DNA from: Gammaproteobacteria bacterium
Lineage (GTDB): Bacteria > Pseudomonadota > Gammaproteobacteria > Pseudomonadales > Azotimanducaceae
Direction: 5' to 3'
Length of the DNA: 48,112 nucleotides
Assembly (NCBI GenBank): GCA_003230835.1
Contig: QIGT01000076.1
Coordinates: 1 to 48,112 of the forward strand
The notes beneath the pieces are model-generated. The model worked only from the letters and a program-made list of their open reading frames with translations. It ran no database searches and was not told the origin of the DNA. Shown in pieces: positions 9,435-18,776 of the stretch. The first letter of the stretch is position 1. Every line of letters begins with the position of its first letter. The position numbers and the translations under genes are program-made.

Positions 9435-10268
9435 ATGCAACATATTAAGGTGGTGTCGACAGGGGCTGTTGGTGCAATGATCAGTGGTGTCGACTTGGCC
9501 CAAATTGACGATAGAGCATTGACAGAGCTCCGCCTGGCTTTCGCAGATCATTCGGTGCTGTTTTTTCGTGATCAGGAACTGACGCCGAAACAACACATTG
9601 CGTTGGCCAAAAAATGGGGGACCATCAACATAAACCGCTTCTTTGCCGAGGTAAGTGACTATCCAGAAATCGCAGAAGTGCGTAAAGAGGCAGGGCAGAA
9701 GATCAACATTGGTGGCGGTTGGCACACTGATCACTCCTATGACCAAATACCGGCATTGGGTAGTATGTTGTACGCGCGTGAAGTGCCACCCAGTGGTGGT
9801 GATACCTTATATGCCAGCACTTGTGCAGCTTTCGACAGCTTATCCCGCGGGTTGCAGAAAACCCTGTTGGGTTTACGTGCAGTGCACTCTTCTCGTCATG
9901 TCTTTGGTGCCGATACTCAACGTCCGGATGAGTTAGAGGGGCGCTTTGGCAATGCTGAACTGGCGACCCAAGATGCAGTACACCCGGCAGTGATTACGCA
10001 TCCTTTATCTGGGCGTAAATCACTTTACGTGAATCCAGGTTTTACCCTGCACTTTGAAGGTTGGACAGAGGCAGAGTCTGCACCCTTGTTACAGTATTTG
10101 TACCAACATATTGCTCAACCCGAACATACTTATCGTTTTCAATGGCAACCAGGCTCGCTTGCTTTTTGGGATAACCGGGCAACCTGGCACTTTGCCGTTA
10201 ACGATTATCACGGACATCGTCGCCTCATGCACCGTATCACTATAGAAGGGGAGGCAGTTGCTGCATGA
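9435..10268 (+). CDS. TauD/TfdA family dioxygenase (second paralog)
   Basis: WHTDHSY, GGDTLYA, HPAVITHP and WDNRATWHFA. GAGGA RBS before ATG 9435. Confidence 0.93.
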   Translation: MQHIKVVSTGAVGAMISGVDLAQIDDRALTELRLAFADHSVLFFRDQELTPKQHIALAKKWGTININRFFAEVSDYPEIAEVRKEAGQKINIGGGWHTDHSYDQIPALGSMLYAREVPPSGGDTLYASTCAAFDSLSRGLQKTLLGLRAVHSSRHVFGADTQRPDELEGRFGNAELATQDAVHPAVITHPLSGRKSLYVNPGFTLHFEGWTEAESAPLLQYLYQHIAQPEHTYRFQWQPGSLAFWDNRATWHFAVNDYHGHRRLMHRITIEGEAVAA

Positions 10269-12364
10269 AGCATGAGTTACCCAAAGGTTTTTGCAAAGAC
10301 ATTGTTGGCTATTGCGACCCGTTATCGGTTCGAGCAGGCGAAAAGATAAACTTCAAATTCAGTGCCTACGTTCCAGGAGAGGCAAGGGCCAGTGTCGTGC
10401 GGCTGATCAGTGGCGACGACCGGCCCCATGGTACGGGTTTGTTGGAAGAAGAAGTAGCATCGATCCCAGAACCCCTACAACTTTCCGAACAACCGTTGCT
10501 ACCCGGCTCTTTTGCAACCGTCTGCGATCTGCCCAGTGTGGCACAGGGTACGATCAGTTTTTGGTTTTACCCCACTTTGTTGCGATCGAACAGACAAACC
10601 ATGCTGTCCTTTGGTGATCTTGTTATCGGCGTTGATACGCACGGTATACATGCCGTCTGGCAGCATGCCGAGATAGCGTTGGAGATGAACTTACAGCAAC
10701 GACGCTGGTATCACCTGAGCTTGAATTTTGGGGACGAAGTAGATCTGCTGGTGAAACGCATCAGCACTAAGGTGGCAGAGCAGCCTGCAGAATGGTCTGC
10801 GCATAGGGCGGTTGCGTTGAGGTTGGCAGGTGGAAAGCTTTTGCTCGCGGCCAGTGGGCCTAATAACGCATGCTTCAATGGTCGCATGGAAGCACTGTCT
10901 ATCATGGCTGAAAACGAAAAAATTGCATGTTGGGATTTTTCCAAAAGCATTGAAACACAGGTCATTGTTGACGTGTCTGGTAACGATCACCATGGTCAGC
11001 TGCATCAAACGCCCACCCGTGCGGTATGTGGTGTGAAGTGGGACGGTTCAGAACAAAACTTTCAATCCGCGCCAGAGCAATATGGTGCTATTCACTTCCA
11101 CGAGGATGATCTAACCGACGCTGGCTGGGCAGATACTTTAGTGTGGCAGGTGCCCGATGACTTGCCCAGTGGTCAATATGCTCTCAAAGTGCGTATGGGT
11201 GAATCAGAAGACTATGTGGTGTTTTTTGTGCGACCCAAACAAGGTGCGCGTACATCGGACCTGTTGTATTTGGTGCCCACGGCGAGCTACTTAGCCTATG
11301 CCAACCAACGTGTGATTTTTGCAGGTGGCATATTTGGTGCATCCAAACTTCATCACGATAATGATGCATTTTTATACGTGCATGAAGACGTTGGCTATTC
11401 GATGTATGAATACCATGGCGACCATAGTGGGGTACATTTTAGTTCCCGATTACGCCCAGTCCTCAACTTGAAGCCTAAGACCGGCACTTGGGCATTCAAC
11501 GCAGATACTCATCTTACAGCTTGGCTTGAAGAAAAAGACTACGCCTTTGATGTGCTCACTGATGAAGATTTGCACTTGGAAGGGGCTGCTGCTTTAGCAG
11601 GTTATCGAACCATCATCACGGGTACCCACCCGGAGTACTACTCGACCGAAATGCGGCAGGGGTTATCAACTTGGCTGAGTAACGGTGGGCGTCTTATGTA
11701 TATGGGTGGTAATGGTTTCTACTGGCGGGTTGCGTTTCAACCGGGTAATCCAGCCATTATGGAAGTACGTCGAGCGGAAGATGGTACCCGGGCGTGGATA
11801 TCCCAACCTGGTGAGTATTATCATCAGTTTACCGGTGAGTACGGTGGTTTGTGGCGCCGTTTGGGCAAACCGCCCAACGAGTTGGTGGGTATCGGCTTCG
11901 CAGCCCAAGGTTTTGATGGCGGTACGCACTACCGCTTACAGTCTGGCGCGTTGAACCCTCGTGTCGATTTTATCGTCGAGGGCGTTGACCGCACGTCGCA
12001 CAGCTGGGGCAACTTCGGCAACCAAGGTGGTGGTGCGGCAGGTGAAGAAATAGATCGATGGGATGTTAACCTTGGTTCACCTGCCCATGCTGTAGTGATA
12101 GCAACTTCCGAAGATCATCGTCCTGGAATGCTGCGGACTAAGGAAGAATTCCACATGATGGAGAATTATGTCGATGACCCTACTGTGCACGCAGATATGG
12201 TTTTCTTCGAGGTACCAGGTGGGGGCGCGGTTTTTAGTACCGGTTCAATATCATATGCCGGATCGTTAGCACATAACGAATACAATAATGAAGTTGAAAC
12301 GCTGACCAGTAATGTTCTACGAAGGTTTTTAGACGCGCGGCCCTTTGAATACCCGGTGCTCTAA
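10265..12364 (+). CDS. N,N-dimethylformamidase beta (large) subunit family protein with a LamG-like insert
   Basis: GYCDPLSVRAGE, YGAIHFHEDDL, PTASYLAYAN, GTHPEYYS, YMGGNGFYW and GGAVFSTGSI. ATGA overlap with the TauD gene. Confidence 0.85.
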   Translation: MKHELPKGFCKDIVGYCDPLSVRAGEKINFKFSAYVPGEARASVVRLISGDDRPHGTGLLEEEVASIPEPLQLSEQPLLPGSFATVCDLPSVAQGTISFWFYPTLLRSNRQTMLSFGDLVIGVDTHGIHAVWQHAEIALEMNLQQRRWYHLSLNFGDEVDLLVKRISTKVAEQPAEWSAHRAVALRLAGGKLLLAASGPNNACFNGRMEALSIMAENEKIACWDFSKSIETQVIVDVSGNDHHGQLHQTPTRAVCGVKWDGSEQNFQSAPEQYGAIHFHEDDLTDAGWADTLVWQVPDDLPSGQYALKVRMGESEDYVVFFVRPKQGARTSDLLYLVPTASYLAYANQRVIFAGGIFGASKLHHDNDAFLYVHEDVGYSMYEYHGDHSGVHFSSRLRPVLNLKPKTGTWAFNADTHLTAWLEEKDYAFDVLTDEDLHLEGAAALAGYRTIITGTHPEYYSTEMRQGLSTWLSNGGRLMYMGGNGFYWRVAFQPGNPAIMEVRRAEDGTRAWISQPGEYYHQFTGEYGGLWRRLGKPPNELVGIGFAAQGFDGGTHYRLQSGALNPRVDFIVEGVDRTSHSWGNFGNQGGGAAGEEIDRWDVNLGSPAHAVVIATSEDHRPGMLRTKEEFHMMENYVDDPTVHADMVFFEVPGGGAVFSTGSISYAGSLAHNEYNNEVETLTSNVLRRFLDARPFEYPVL

Positions 12365-14334
12365 CCAGGGTAGGGTTGTAGCTCGCTGAGGGCTTCAAAA
12401 TTCTTCAACGACTCCGGATTGGCCAGGGCGCTGGTGTTTTTAACAGGGCGGTTGTGCAGCACATCTTTGACCGCCAACTCTGCGATTTTCCCACTCATGG
12501 TGCGTGGAATATCGCCGACTGCAATTATTTTTGAAGGTGTGTGCCGCGGAGATGCATGTTCGCGTATTCGTTGCTTGATTTGTGACGTTAGTTCTGTGGT
12601 TAGAGGCGTGTTCTCGCGCATAACCACAAACAGTAATACCCGCACATCGTTTTTCCAGTTTTGGCCTACGCAAACTGAATCTATGATCTCGTCAAAATGC
12701 TCGACTTGCCGGTAAATTTCAGCCGTACCAATGCGCACACCACCCGGGTTAAGCACAGCATCACTGCGGCCATGTATTATATAGCCGTCGTTCTGCGTCA
12801 GCTCAATATAGTCTCCGTGTACCCATATGTTAGGGAATCTGTCGAAGTATGCTGCTTTGAATTTTTGGTCGCCCGGGTCATTCCAAAAGGCGATGGGGCA
12901 CGAGGGGAAGGAGACAGTACAGACCAGCTCTCCTTTCAAACCCTGAGTGCCGCCTTGGTTCCTAACTAACGAGTGTCCATTTTCGTCCCATATATCGACA
13001 GCCATGCCGAGACCAGCAGATTGTAGCTCACCTTCGTAAACTGGCTTGTTAGGGTTGCCGATCAGAAAGCACGAAAGTAAATCTGTGCCGCCAGACATTG
13101 AAACTAAATGACACTGTGGTTTCACGTCGTTGTAGACATATCGATAACTTTCTTCGCTCAGGGGTGAGCCGGTGCTGAGGAGCATGCGCATATGACTTAG
13201 ATCGTGGCTTGCAACTGGTTTGACGCCCACTTTTTGGGTACCACTTAGAAACTTGGCACTGATGCCAAAAACAGTCACGTTTTCAGTTTCACAAATATCA
13301 AACATCGCGGCTGGTGTTGGCTGAAATGGAGAGCCATCAAACAGCACGATAGTACACTTACTTGCGAGCGCGCTGATGAGCCAATTCCACATCATCCAAC
13401 CGCAGGTGGTGAAGAAAAATAGCGTGTCCTGCGGGCGTAAGTCGACATGTAGCTGGTGTTCCTTTTTGTGTTGTATCAAGGTGCCGCCTTGACTGTGAAC
13501 AATGCACTTTGGCATTCCTGTGGTCCCGCTGGAATAGACTATAAAGAGCGGGTGGTCGAAGGGTAATTGTTTGAAAATCAAAGGTCTGGAGGGCTTTTTT
13601 AACCAGGTGTCCCATTTTTCTTCGCCTTCGAATAAGGTCAGATCGCGGTTTATTATGGAGATCCAAACTATTTTTTGGATGGAGGGTACGGCAGCGGCCA
13701 CCGCGCGCACTTTGTCTGTGATATCAATCGTCTTGCCGCCATAGAGATAACCGTCACAGGCGAACAGTACTCTAGGTTCAATTTGGCCGAATCGATCTAG
13801 TGCCCCGGATGCGCCGAAGTCTGGAGAGCATGATGACCATACGGCCCCCGCGCTCGAGCAGGCCAACATGGCGACGGCTGCTTGGGTAATGTTAGGTAGC
13901 CAACCGGCGATGCGATCCCCCGGGGCTATGTTTAAGCTTGCCAGTTGGGAGGCAATACTTTGGGTTTGATCAAACAGCGATTGGTAGCTGGTTGTGGTAC
14001 GTTCGCCGTTTTCGAGGATGGAAACGAAGGCGACCTTGGACGAGTGTTCTTGAAGTAGATTTTCGGCGTAGTTTAGGCTGGCTTCAGGAAACCACCGAGC
14101 ACCAGGAAACAGCTCTAGATCAGCTACCGGTTCGTTGGCTTGTTTTGAAGAAATGATACCCGTGTAGTGCCAATAGCTATCCCAGAACCGGCCTGGGTGA
14201 GTAATGCTAAATTTGTGTAGCTCTTCGTAACTCGAAAACTGCTGCCCAGTTTGGTTTTCTAACCAGCGAGAAAATTGGGTTAGCTGGGAAGCTTCAACCT
14301 GCTCAGGCGTGGGGGACCATAGTGGCTCGCTCAT
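12361..14334 (-). CDS. Acetoacetate--CoA ligase
   Basis: WSSCSPDFG, YSSGTTGMPKCIVH, TTCGWMMWNWL, SGGTD and GRSDAVLNPGGVRIGTAEIY. Confidence 0.93.
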   Translation of the reverse strand: MSEPLWSPTPEQVEASQLTQFSRWLENQTGQQFSSYEELHKFSITHPGRFWDSYWHYTGIISSKQANEPVADLELFPGARWFPEASLNYAENLLQEHSSKVAFVSILENGERTTTSYQSLFDQTQSIASQLASLNIAPGDRIAGWLPNITQAAVAMLACSSAGAVWSSCSPDFGASGALDRFGQIEPRVLFACDGYLYGGKTIDITDKVRAVAAAVPSIQKIVWISIINRDLTLFEGEEKWDTWLKKPSRPLIFKQLPFDHPLFIVYSSGTTGMPKCIVHSQGGTLIQHKKEHQLHVDLRPQDTLFFFTTCGWMMWNWLISALASKCTIVLFDGSPFQPTPAAMFDICETENVTVFGISAKFLSGTQKVGVKPVASHDLSHMRMLLSTGSPLSEESYRYVYNDVKPQCHLVSMSGGTDLLSCFLIGNPNKPVYEGELQSAGLGMAVDIWDENGHSLVRNQGGTQGLKGELVCTVSFPSCPIAFWNDPGDQKFKAAYFDRFPNIWVHGDYIELTQNDGYIIHGRSDAVLNPGGVRIGTAEIYRQVEHFDEIIDSVCVGQNWKNDVRVLLFVVMRENTPLTTELTSQIKQRIREHASPRHTPSKIIAVGDIPRTMSGKIAELAVKDVLHNRPVKNTSALANPESLKNFEALSELQPYPG

Positions 14335-14364
14335 ATTAGTCAGACAGGACACTAGGTGTCCTGT

Positions 14365-15504
14365 TCATGTAGAGGTTTGTTGAAAACAATTGCGCACCTC
14401 TTGAACATAAACCTCGGGTTGTTCAAAGGCAGCAAAGTGACCGCCAGTGTCCTTAACTTCCCAATGGATAATGTTAGGGAACATTTTTTCAGCGAAACGG
14501 CGACTGGTCCGAAAAATTTCTTTGGGGAAGATTGTGCCACCCATGGGTACCTTAATTTGTCCCCCTGTTCTGGCGCTGCCAAAACTCTCCCAGTAAATTC
14601 TTGCAGAAGAAGCGCCGGCCGCATTAACCCAGTAGACCATCACATTGTCGAGCAATTCGTCCTTACTTAAGACGTTTTCTGGATTGCCGTCGCAATCTGT
14701 CCATGCCCAGAATTTCTCTAGTATCCAAGCTGCTTGCCCGACAGGTGAATCCACCAGGCTGTAGCCGATGGTTTGTGGTCGTGTGCTTTGTTGTTTGGAG
14801 TACCCAGAGTCCCACTGTTGGTAGTATTGCAAACCTTGTAGAGCAGATATTTCGAGTTCGGTTAGGTCGTCAGCGTTAGCATCTGGAGCCGATATAACCA
14901 TGTTGAGATGGATGGCGCAGCAGTGCTTTGAGTCTATTGCTGCGATTGCAGTGGTGACTATGGCACCCCAGTCACCACCTTGCGCGAGGTACTTGTCGTA
15001 GCCTAGCCGCTTCATCAACTTTGCCCACACGCCACCAATTTTCTCAACCCCCCAGCCCACATCGGTGGGTTTGCCTGAAAACCCAAAGCCCGGCAGTGAA
15101 GGTATAACTAGGTGAAAGGCATCTGCCGAAACGCCGCCATGGTCTTGGGGTTCTGTCAGAGGACCGATGACCTTGAGGAATTCCACAACAGATCCAGGCC
15201 AACCGTGGGTCAATATGAGCGGTTTGGCATTGGCATGGCTTGAACGAATATGTAGGAAGTGAATGTCTAGCCCGTCAATTTCGGTGCAAAAATTGTCATA
15301 GGCGTTGAGTCGGTTTGCCAAGCGTTGCATGTCGTATTGGTCTAACCAGTACGCGACTATTTCTTGGGTATAAGCCAACGGGATGCCTTGGCTCCAATCA
15401 TCAGGGGTTTCAGCTTCTGGCCAGCGCGTGTTAGCGAGCCTTTGTTTTAAATCTGCAATGGTTGCATCGCTGATGGTCACTTCGAATGGTCGAATGTCAG
15501 ACAT
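14365..15504 (-). CDS. Epoxide hydrolase (microsomal-type, EHN domain)
   Basis: HGWPGS, AQGGDWG nucleophile elbow and GGHFAAFEQP. Confidence 0.93.
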   Translation of the reverse strand: MSDIRPFEVTISDATIADLKQRLANTRWPEAETPDDWSQGIPLAYTQEIVAYWLDQYDMQRLANRLNAYDNFCTEIDGLDIHFLHIRSSHANAKPLILTHGWPGSVVEFLKVIGPLTEPQDHGGVSADAFHLVIPSLPGFGFSGKPTDVGWGVEKIGGVWAKLMKRLGYDKYLAQGGDWGAIVTTAIAAIDSKHCCAIHLNMVISAPDANADDLTELEISALQGLQYYQQWDSGYSKQQSTRPQTIGYSLVDSPVGQAAWILEKFWAWTDCDGNPENVLSKDELLDNVMVYWVNAAGASSARIYWESFGSARTGGQIKVPMGGTIFPKEIFRTSRRFAEKMFPNIIHWEVKDTGGHFAAFEQPEVYVQEVRNCFQQTST

Positions 15505-15531
15505 GTTGTTTCCTTGCCAATCTAAAATTTG

Positions 15532-16305
15532 TTAAAGGGAAGCGCATACATGACCGCCGTCGACGGTGAGCACAGACCCGGTCATATAACTAGATGCATC
15601 GCTGGCTAATAACATCAGGGGGCCATTTAGATCTTCGAACTCGCCAAAGCGACGCATGGGAATGCCGTTTTTAAATTCAGGTGCGCCCTCACTTTCCAAC
15701 AAGATTCGACTGACGTCTGTCAATATATAGCCTGGCGCTAGTGCGTTAACCCTTATGTTGTAACGTGCAGCTTCTAAGGCCATGACTTGAGTCATGCGCG
15801 TTATACCGCCCTTAGATACAGCGTAAGGGAACTGGCCTTTAATGGTGCGGGTATCTGTTATAGATGAAATCATAATGATGTTGCCGCTTTTTTGTTTATG
15901 TGCGACCACTTGATTGGTATAGGTCTTAGAAACCAGCCAGGCACTTTTGAGGTTGGTGTTCATGACGTAGTCCCAATCGTCTTCATCGATCATTGCATAG
16001 GTTTTTGCGCCTGCTTCGACACCGGCATTGTTAATCACCACATCTAGCTGGTTGTAGGTTTCAAAACACGTGGCGATGAAATTTTCGATGCTGTCTTTAT
16101 TAGTGACGTCTAAGCCAACAGCCTTGGCTTCGCCTCCAACACTTTGAATTTGCGTTACTCGCTCAGCCAGTTTTTCTTCGCGTCTCGCGCCTAAGATGAC
16201 TTTGGCTCCGGCGTCGGCAAGCACACCCGCAAAGTGACGGCCAAAGCCCGATGAAGCCCCGGTAATAGCAATTACTTTATCCGCGAGATCAAATGTATCC
16301 GCCAC
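15532..16305 (-). CDS. Classical SDR oxidoreductase
   Basis: TGASSGFG, NNAG, YAVSK and VNALAPG. Confidence 0.92.
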   Translation of the reverse strand: MADTFDLADKVIAITGASSGFGRHFAGVLADAGAKVILGARREEKLAERVTQIQSVGGEAKAVGLDVTNKDSIENFIATCFETYNQLDVVINNAGVEAGAKTYAMIDEDDWDYVMNTNLKSAWLVSKTYTNQVVAHKQKSGNIIMISSITDTRTIKGQFPYAVSKGGITRMTQVMALEAARYNIRVNALAPGYILTDVSRILLESEGAPEFKNGIPMRRFGEFEDLNGPLMLLASDASSYMTGSVLTVDGGHVCASL

Positions 16306-16382
16306 TTCGCACCCCTAATTGGTTGAATAGGAAAGGTTATTCACACAGGGTAGGATCGTATCATTGAACCCTTATGAGTACT

Positions 16383-16419
16383 AAAAAGAAGTGTGAGGTG
16401 GCCGCCGTTCGGCCCTCAA
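16383..16419 (-). terminator. Probable intrinsic terminator of the GGDEF gene
   Basis: Minus strand reads TGAGGGCC-GAACGGC-GGCCACCTCA followed by CACTTCTTTTT. Confidence 0.5.
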
Positions 16420-16448
16420 GTGTGGAGGGTTAAGCGTGGTGTGGAGGA

Positions 16449-17195
16449 TTAAGCTGCTTGGTCGAAAGTAGCGATGCGATTACGGCCTTGTTTCTTCGCC
16501 ATATACATGGCGTCGTCTGCAGCTTTGAAAAGCGTAGGGAGATCGTAACTCGATCGAGTGTCGGCGATACCGCAGCTGACGGAGTATTCAATGATGGCGT
16601 TGTTTTCGCACAGCGGAGAGGCGCAGACGGCTTCGAGCAATCGTTGCGCTAGGGGAGCAGCTTGGTCTGTGTCGAGATCTGGCAGAAGGACGGCAAATTC
16701 TTCACCCCCGACGCGACACAAGAAATCGTTGTGACGAAAATTTTCACGCAGAATGTCGGCGATGTTACTCAATGCTTTGTCCCCAACTAAATGGCCGTAG
16801 TTGTCGTTGAGCTCTTTAAAATGGTCTGCATCGATCACCAACAATGTGGCATGAACACCTGTGATGCGGCATTGCTCTAAGCTGCGTGCTGCGTCGTCGA
16901 AGAAAGATCGGCGATTGGGTAATTTTGTTAAAGGATCAGTATGAGCGAGTTCACGTAGATCTTTCTGGGTGTGAGACAGTGCCAAACTCATTCGACCCAT
17001 GATGTAGGTGATAGGGGTACAAATTAAGATCGGCACGAGCACGCCGAAAATGATGGCATTTTCTACATGAAATGCTTCTCTGCCACCGAGGAAATACAGT
17101 AAACCGATGAATGTTTCTGTCAGTAATATGGTGAGCGTGGTGGTTGCAACGATGAATATTGCAACGTCTCTGGATGAATTTATACGCATGCCCAT
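16449..17195 (-). CDS. Membrane-anchored diguanylate cyclase (2 TM + GGDEF domain)
   Basis: TDPLTKLPNRR, DADHFKELNDNYGHLVGD, RVGGEEF and ADDAMYMAKKQGRN. Confidence 0.93.
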   Translation of the reverse strand: MGMRINSSRDVAIFIVATTTLTILLTETFIGLLYFLGGREAFHVENAIIFGVLVPILICTPITYIMGRMSLALSHTQKDLRELAHTDPLTKLPNRRSFFDDAARSLEQCRITGVHATLLVIDADHFKELNDNYGHLVGDKALSNIADILRENFRHNDFLCRVGGEEFAVLLPDLDTDQAAPLAQRLLEAVCASPLCENNAIIEYSVSCGIADTRSSYDLPTLFKAADDAMYMAKKQGRNRIATFDQAA

Positions 17196-17332
17196 AGGCT
17201 AGTCGCGTCCTTGCGCTTGGTACGACCTTAATGGTATTAGATGAGGTTGTTGTTACATGGTCACAAGTCACATTATCACCGTCGAAGCGGGTTGGATTGT
17301 CGCAGAATGAGACAAAAAACGGATAAATTACA

Positions 17333-18190
17333 ATGAAACCAAGACGTTCTATCTTGTACATGCCGGGTGCCAATGTGCGCGCTATGCAAAAGGCCAAAGA
17401 ACTTCCTTGCGATACCATCATATTTGATTTGGAAGATGCGGTATCGCCGGAGGTAAAAGAACTCGCGCGGGCGCAAGTGCTCGAAGCCATTGGTCAGGGT
17501 GGATATGGCTATCGAGAACTGTTAGTGCGGGTAAACGGTTTGGACACCGAGTGGGGTTTGGGCGACATAAACGCGTTCGCTGGGCAAAACATTGATGGAA
17601 TGCTATTCCCAAAGGTAGAGTGCCGAAATCAAGTGACTGAGATCGTTGATGCAGTGAATGGTGCGGGCGGAAAACAGGTGCCCATCTGGTTGATGATCGA
17701 AACACCGACGGGTGTTTTGGATTTAGCTGCGTTTGCCGACCACCCTAGAGTGGAAGCACTGGTCATGGGGACCAGCGATTTGGTAAAGGAACTGCGCGCG
17801 GCACATATTCCTGGTCGGGCAAATATTCAATATGCATTACAACATTGTGTTTTGGTTTCGCGGCGTTTCGGTAAGGACATTTTCGATGGCGTGCACCTAG
17901 ATTTTAGAGACGAAGAATCTTTGCGGGGCGTGTGTGAAGATGGCCGAGCTATGGGATTTGATGGCAAAACGCTCATTCACCCAAGCCAGATATCTGTGAC
18001 CAATGAGGTATTTGGATATTCGACAGATGATGTGGTCCAAGCTGAGCGTTTGCTCGAGGTATGGCGAACAGCCTTGGGGGAGGGCAAAGGAGTTGCGGTG
18101 TTAGATGGCAAGCTGGTTGAAAATTTACATGCTGCCGAGGCGCAACGCGTAGTTGCATTCGCAGAAGCGATTGAAGCGCGTTCGGCGTAG
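17333..18190 (+). CDS. CitE/malyl-CoA lyase-like CoA-ester lyase (HpcH/HpaI family)
   Basis: RRSILYMPG, FDLEDAV, VRVN, MIETP and GFDGKTLIHPSQ. Confidence 0.9.
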   Translation: MKPRRSILYMPGANVRAMQKAKELPCDTIIFDLEDAVSPEVKELARAQVLEAIGQGGYGYRELLVRVNGLDTEWGLGDINAFAGQNIDGMLFPKVECRNQVTEIVDAVNGAGGKQVPIWLMIETPTGVLDLAAFADHPRVEALVMGTSDLVKELRAAHIPGRANIQYALQHCVLVSRRFGKDIFDGVHLDFRDEESLRGVCEDGRAMGFDGKTLIHPSQISVTNEVFGYSTDDVVQAERLLEVWRTALGEGKGVAVLDGKLVENLHAAEAQRVVAFAEAIEARSA

Positions 18191-18411
18191 CAATAGCTTT
18201 GGTAATTTTAATTGGCCTATTCTTCATATTATTCAATGGTTTAGATAGATTTATTAATTTCTACATGAACATGTGATTTTCACCGCAGCGCAGATTTATC
18301 GCCACTGCACAGGGTCGTATGTCCTTGCTGGTTTGTAGATGTTTGCTATACCTAGAGAGAAGGTCTGGTGTGCATAATATGGTTTATATGAGGCACATCG
18401 ATTTTCTAAGT

Positions 18412-18466
18412 ACCCCGGTGACCGGCTTTCCCTCCCCTCCCCAATCCTTTCACCGGGGTTCTTTTT
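18412..18466 (+). ncRNA. Terminator-like hairpin with a C-rich loop; possible 3' end of a small RNA
   Basis: Perfect 10-bp stem ACCCCGGTGA/TCACCGGGGT, loop containing TTCCCTCCCCTCCCC, followed by TCTTTTT. Confidence 0.4.
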
Positions 18467-18776
18467 CCGCATTTTCGTTAATACTTGGCGACAAAGGTTC
18501 ATCGGAGTAAGTGTCTACTCCCAACCAGTACTTCTTGGCTATGTAGGGCGCTAGGACATGCAATAGGGTAACGGTTAACAAAGCAGCCAACATCGGCATC
18601 CACCACTGCCGTACGGTGACTAACAAGAATACGAATACTAACGAAGTGCTACCGATAATGCGGATCAGTGCGTAGCTGTAGCGAGATTCGTCGATCAAAG
18701 CTAACAGATTTGCAAGGTAACCAACCGCTAAGGGTAAGCTCAGTATATAAATGAGGGCAAACGTCCAGGAACTCAT
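18450..18776 (-). CDS. Small hypothetical membrane protein (3 TM)
   Basis: 108 aa and hydrophobic. ATGA-coupled to the upstream PEP-utilising gene. Confidence 0.7.
   Translation of the reverse strand: MSSWTFALIYILSLPLAVGYLANLLALIDESRYSYALIRIIGSTSLVFVFLLVTVRQWWMPMLAALLTVTLLHVLAPYIAKKYWLGVDTYSDEPLSPSINENAEKEPR

Noticed and set aside
9387-9746. 120-aa N-terminal extension of the ThDP enzyme
   Set aside because: It overlaps the opposite-strand TauD gene, and family similarity starts at MAKMTTGQ.
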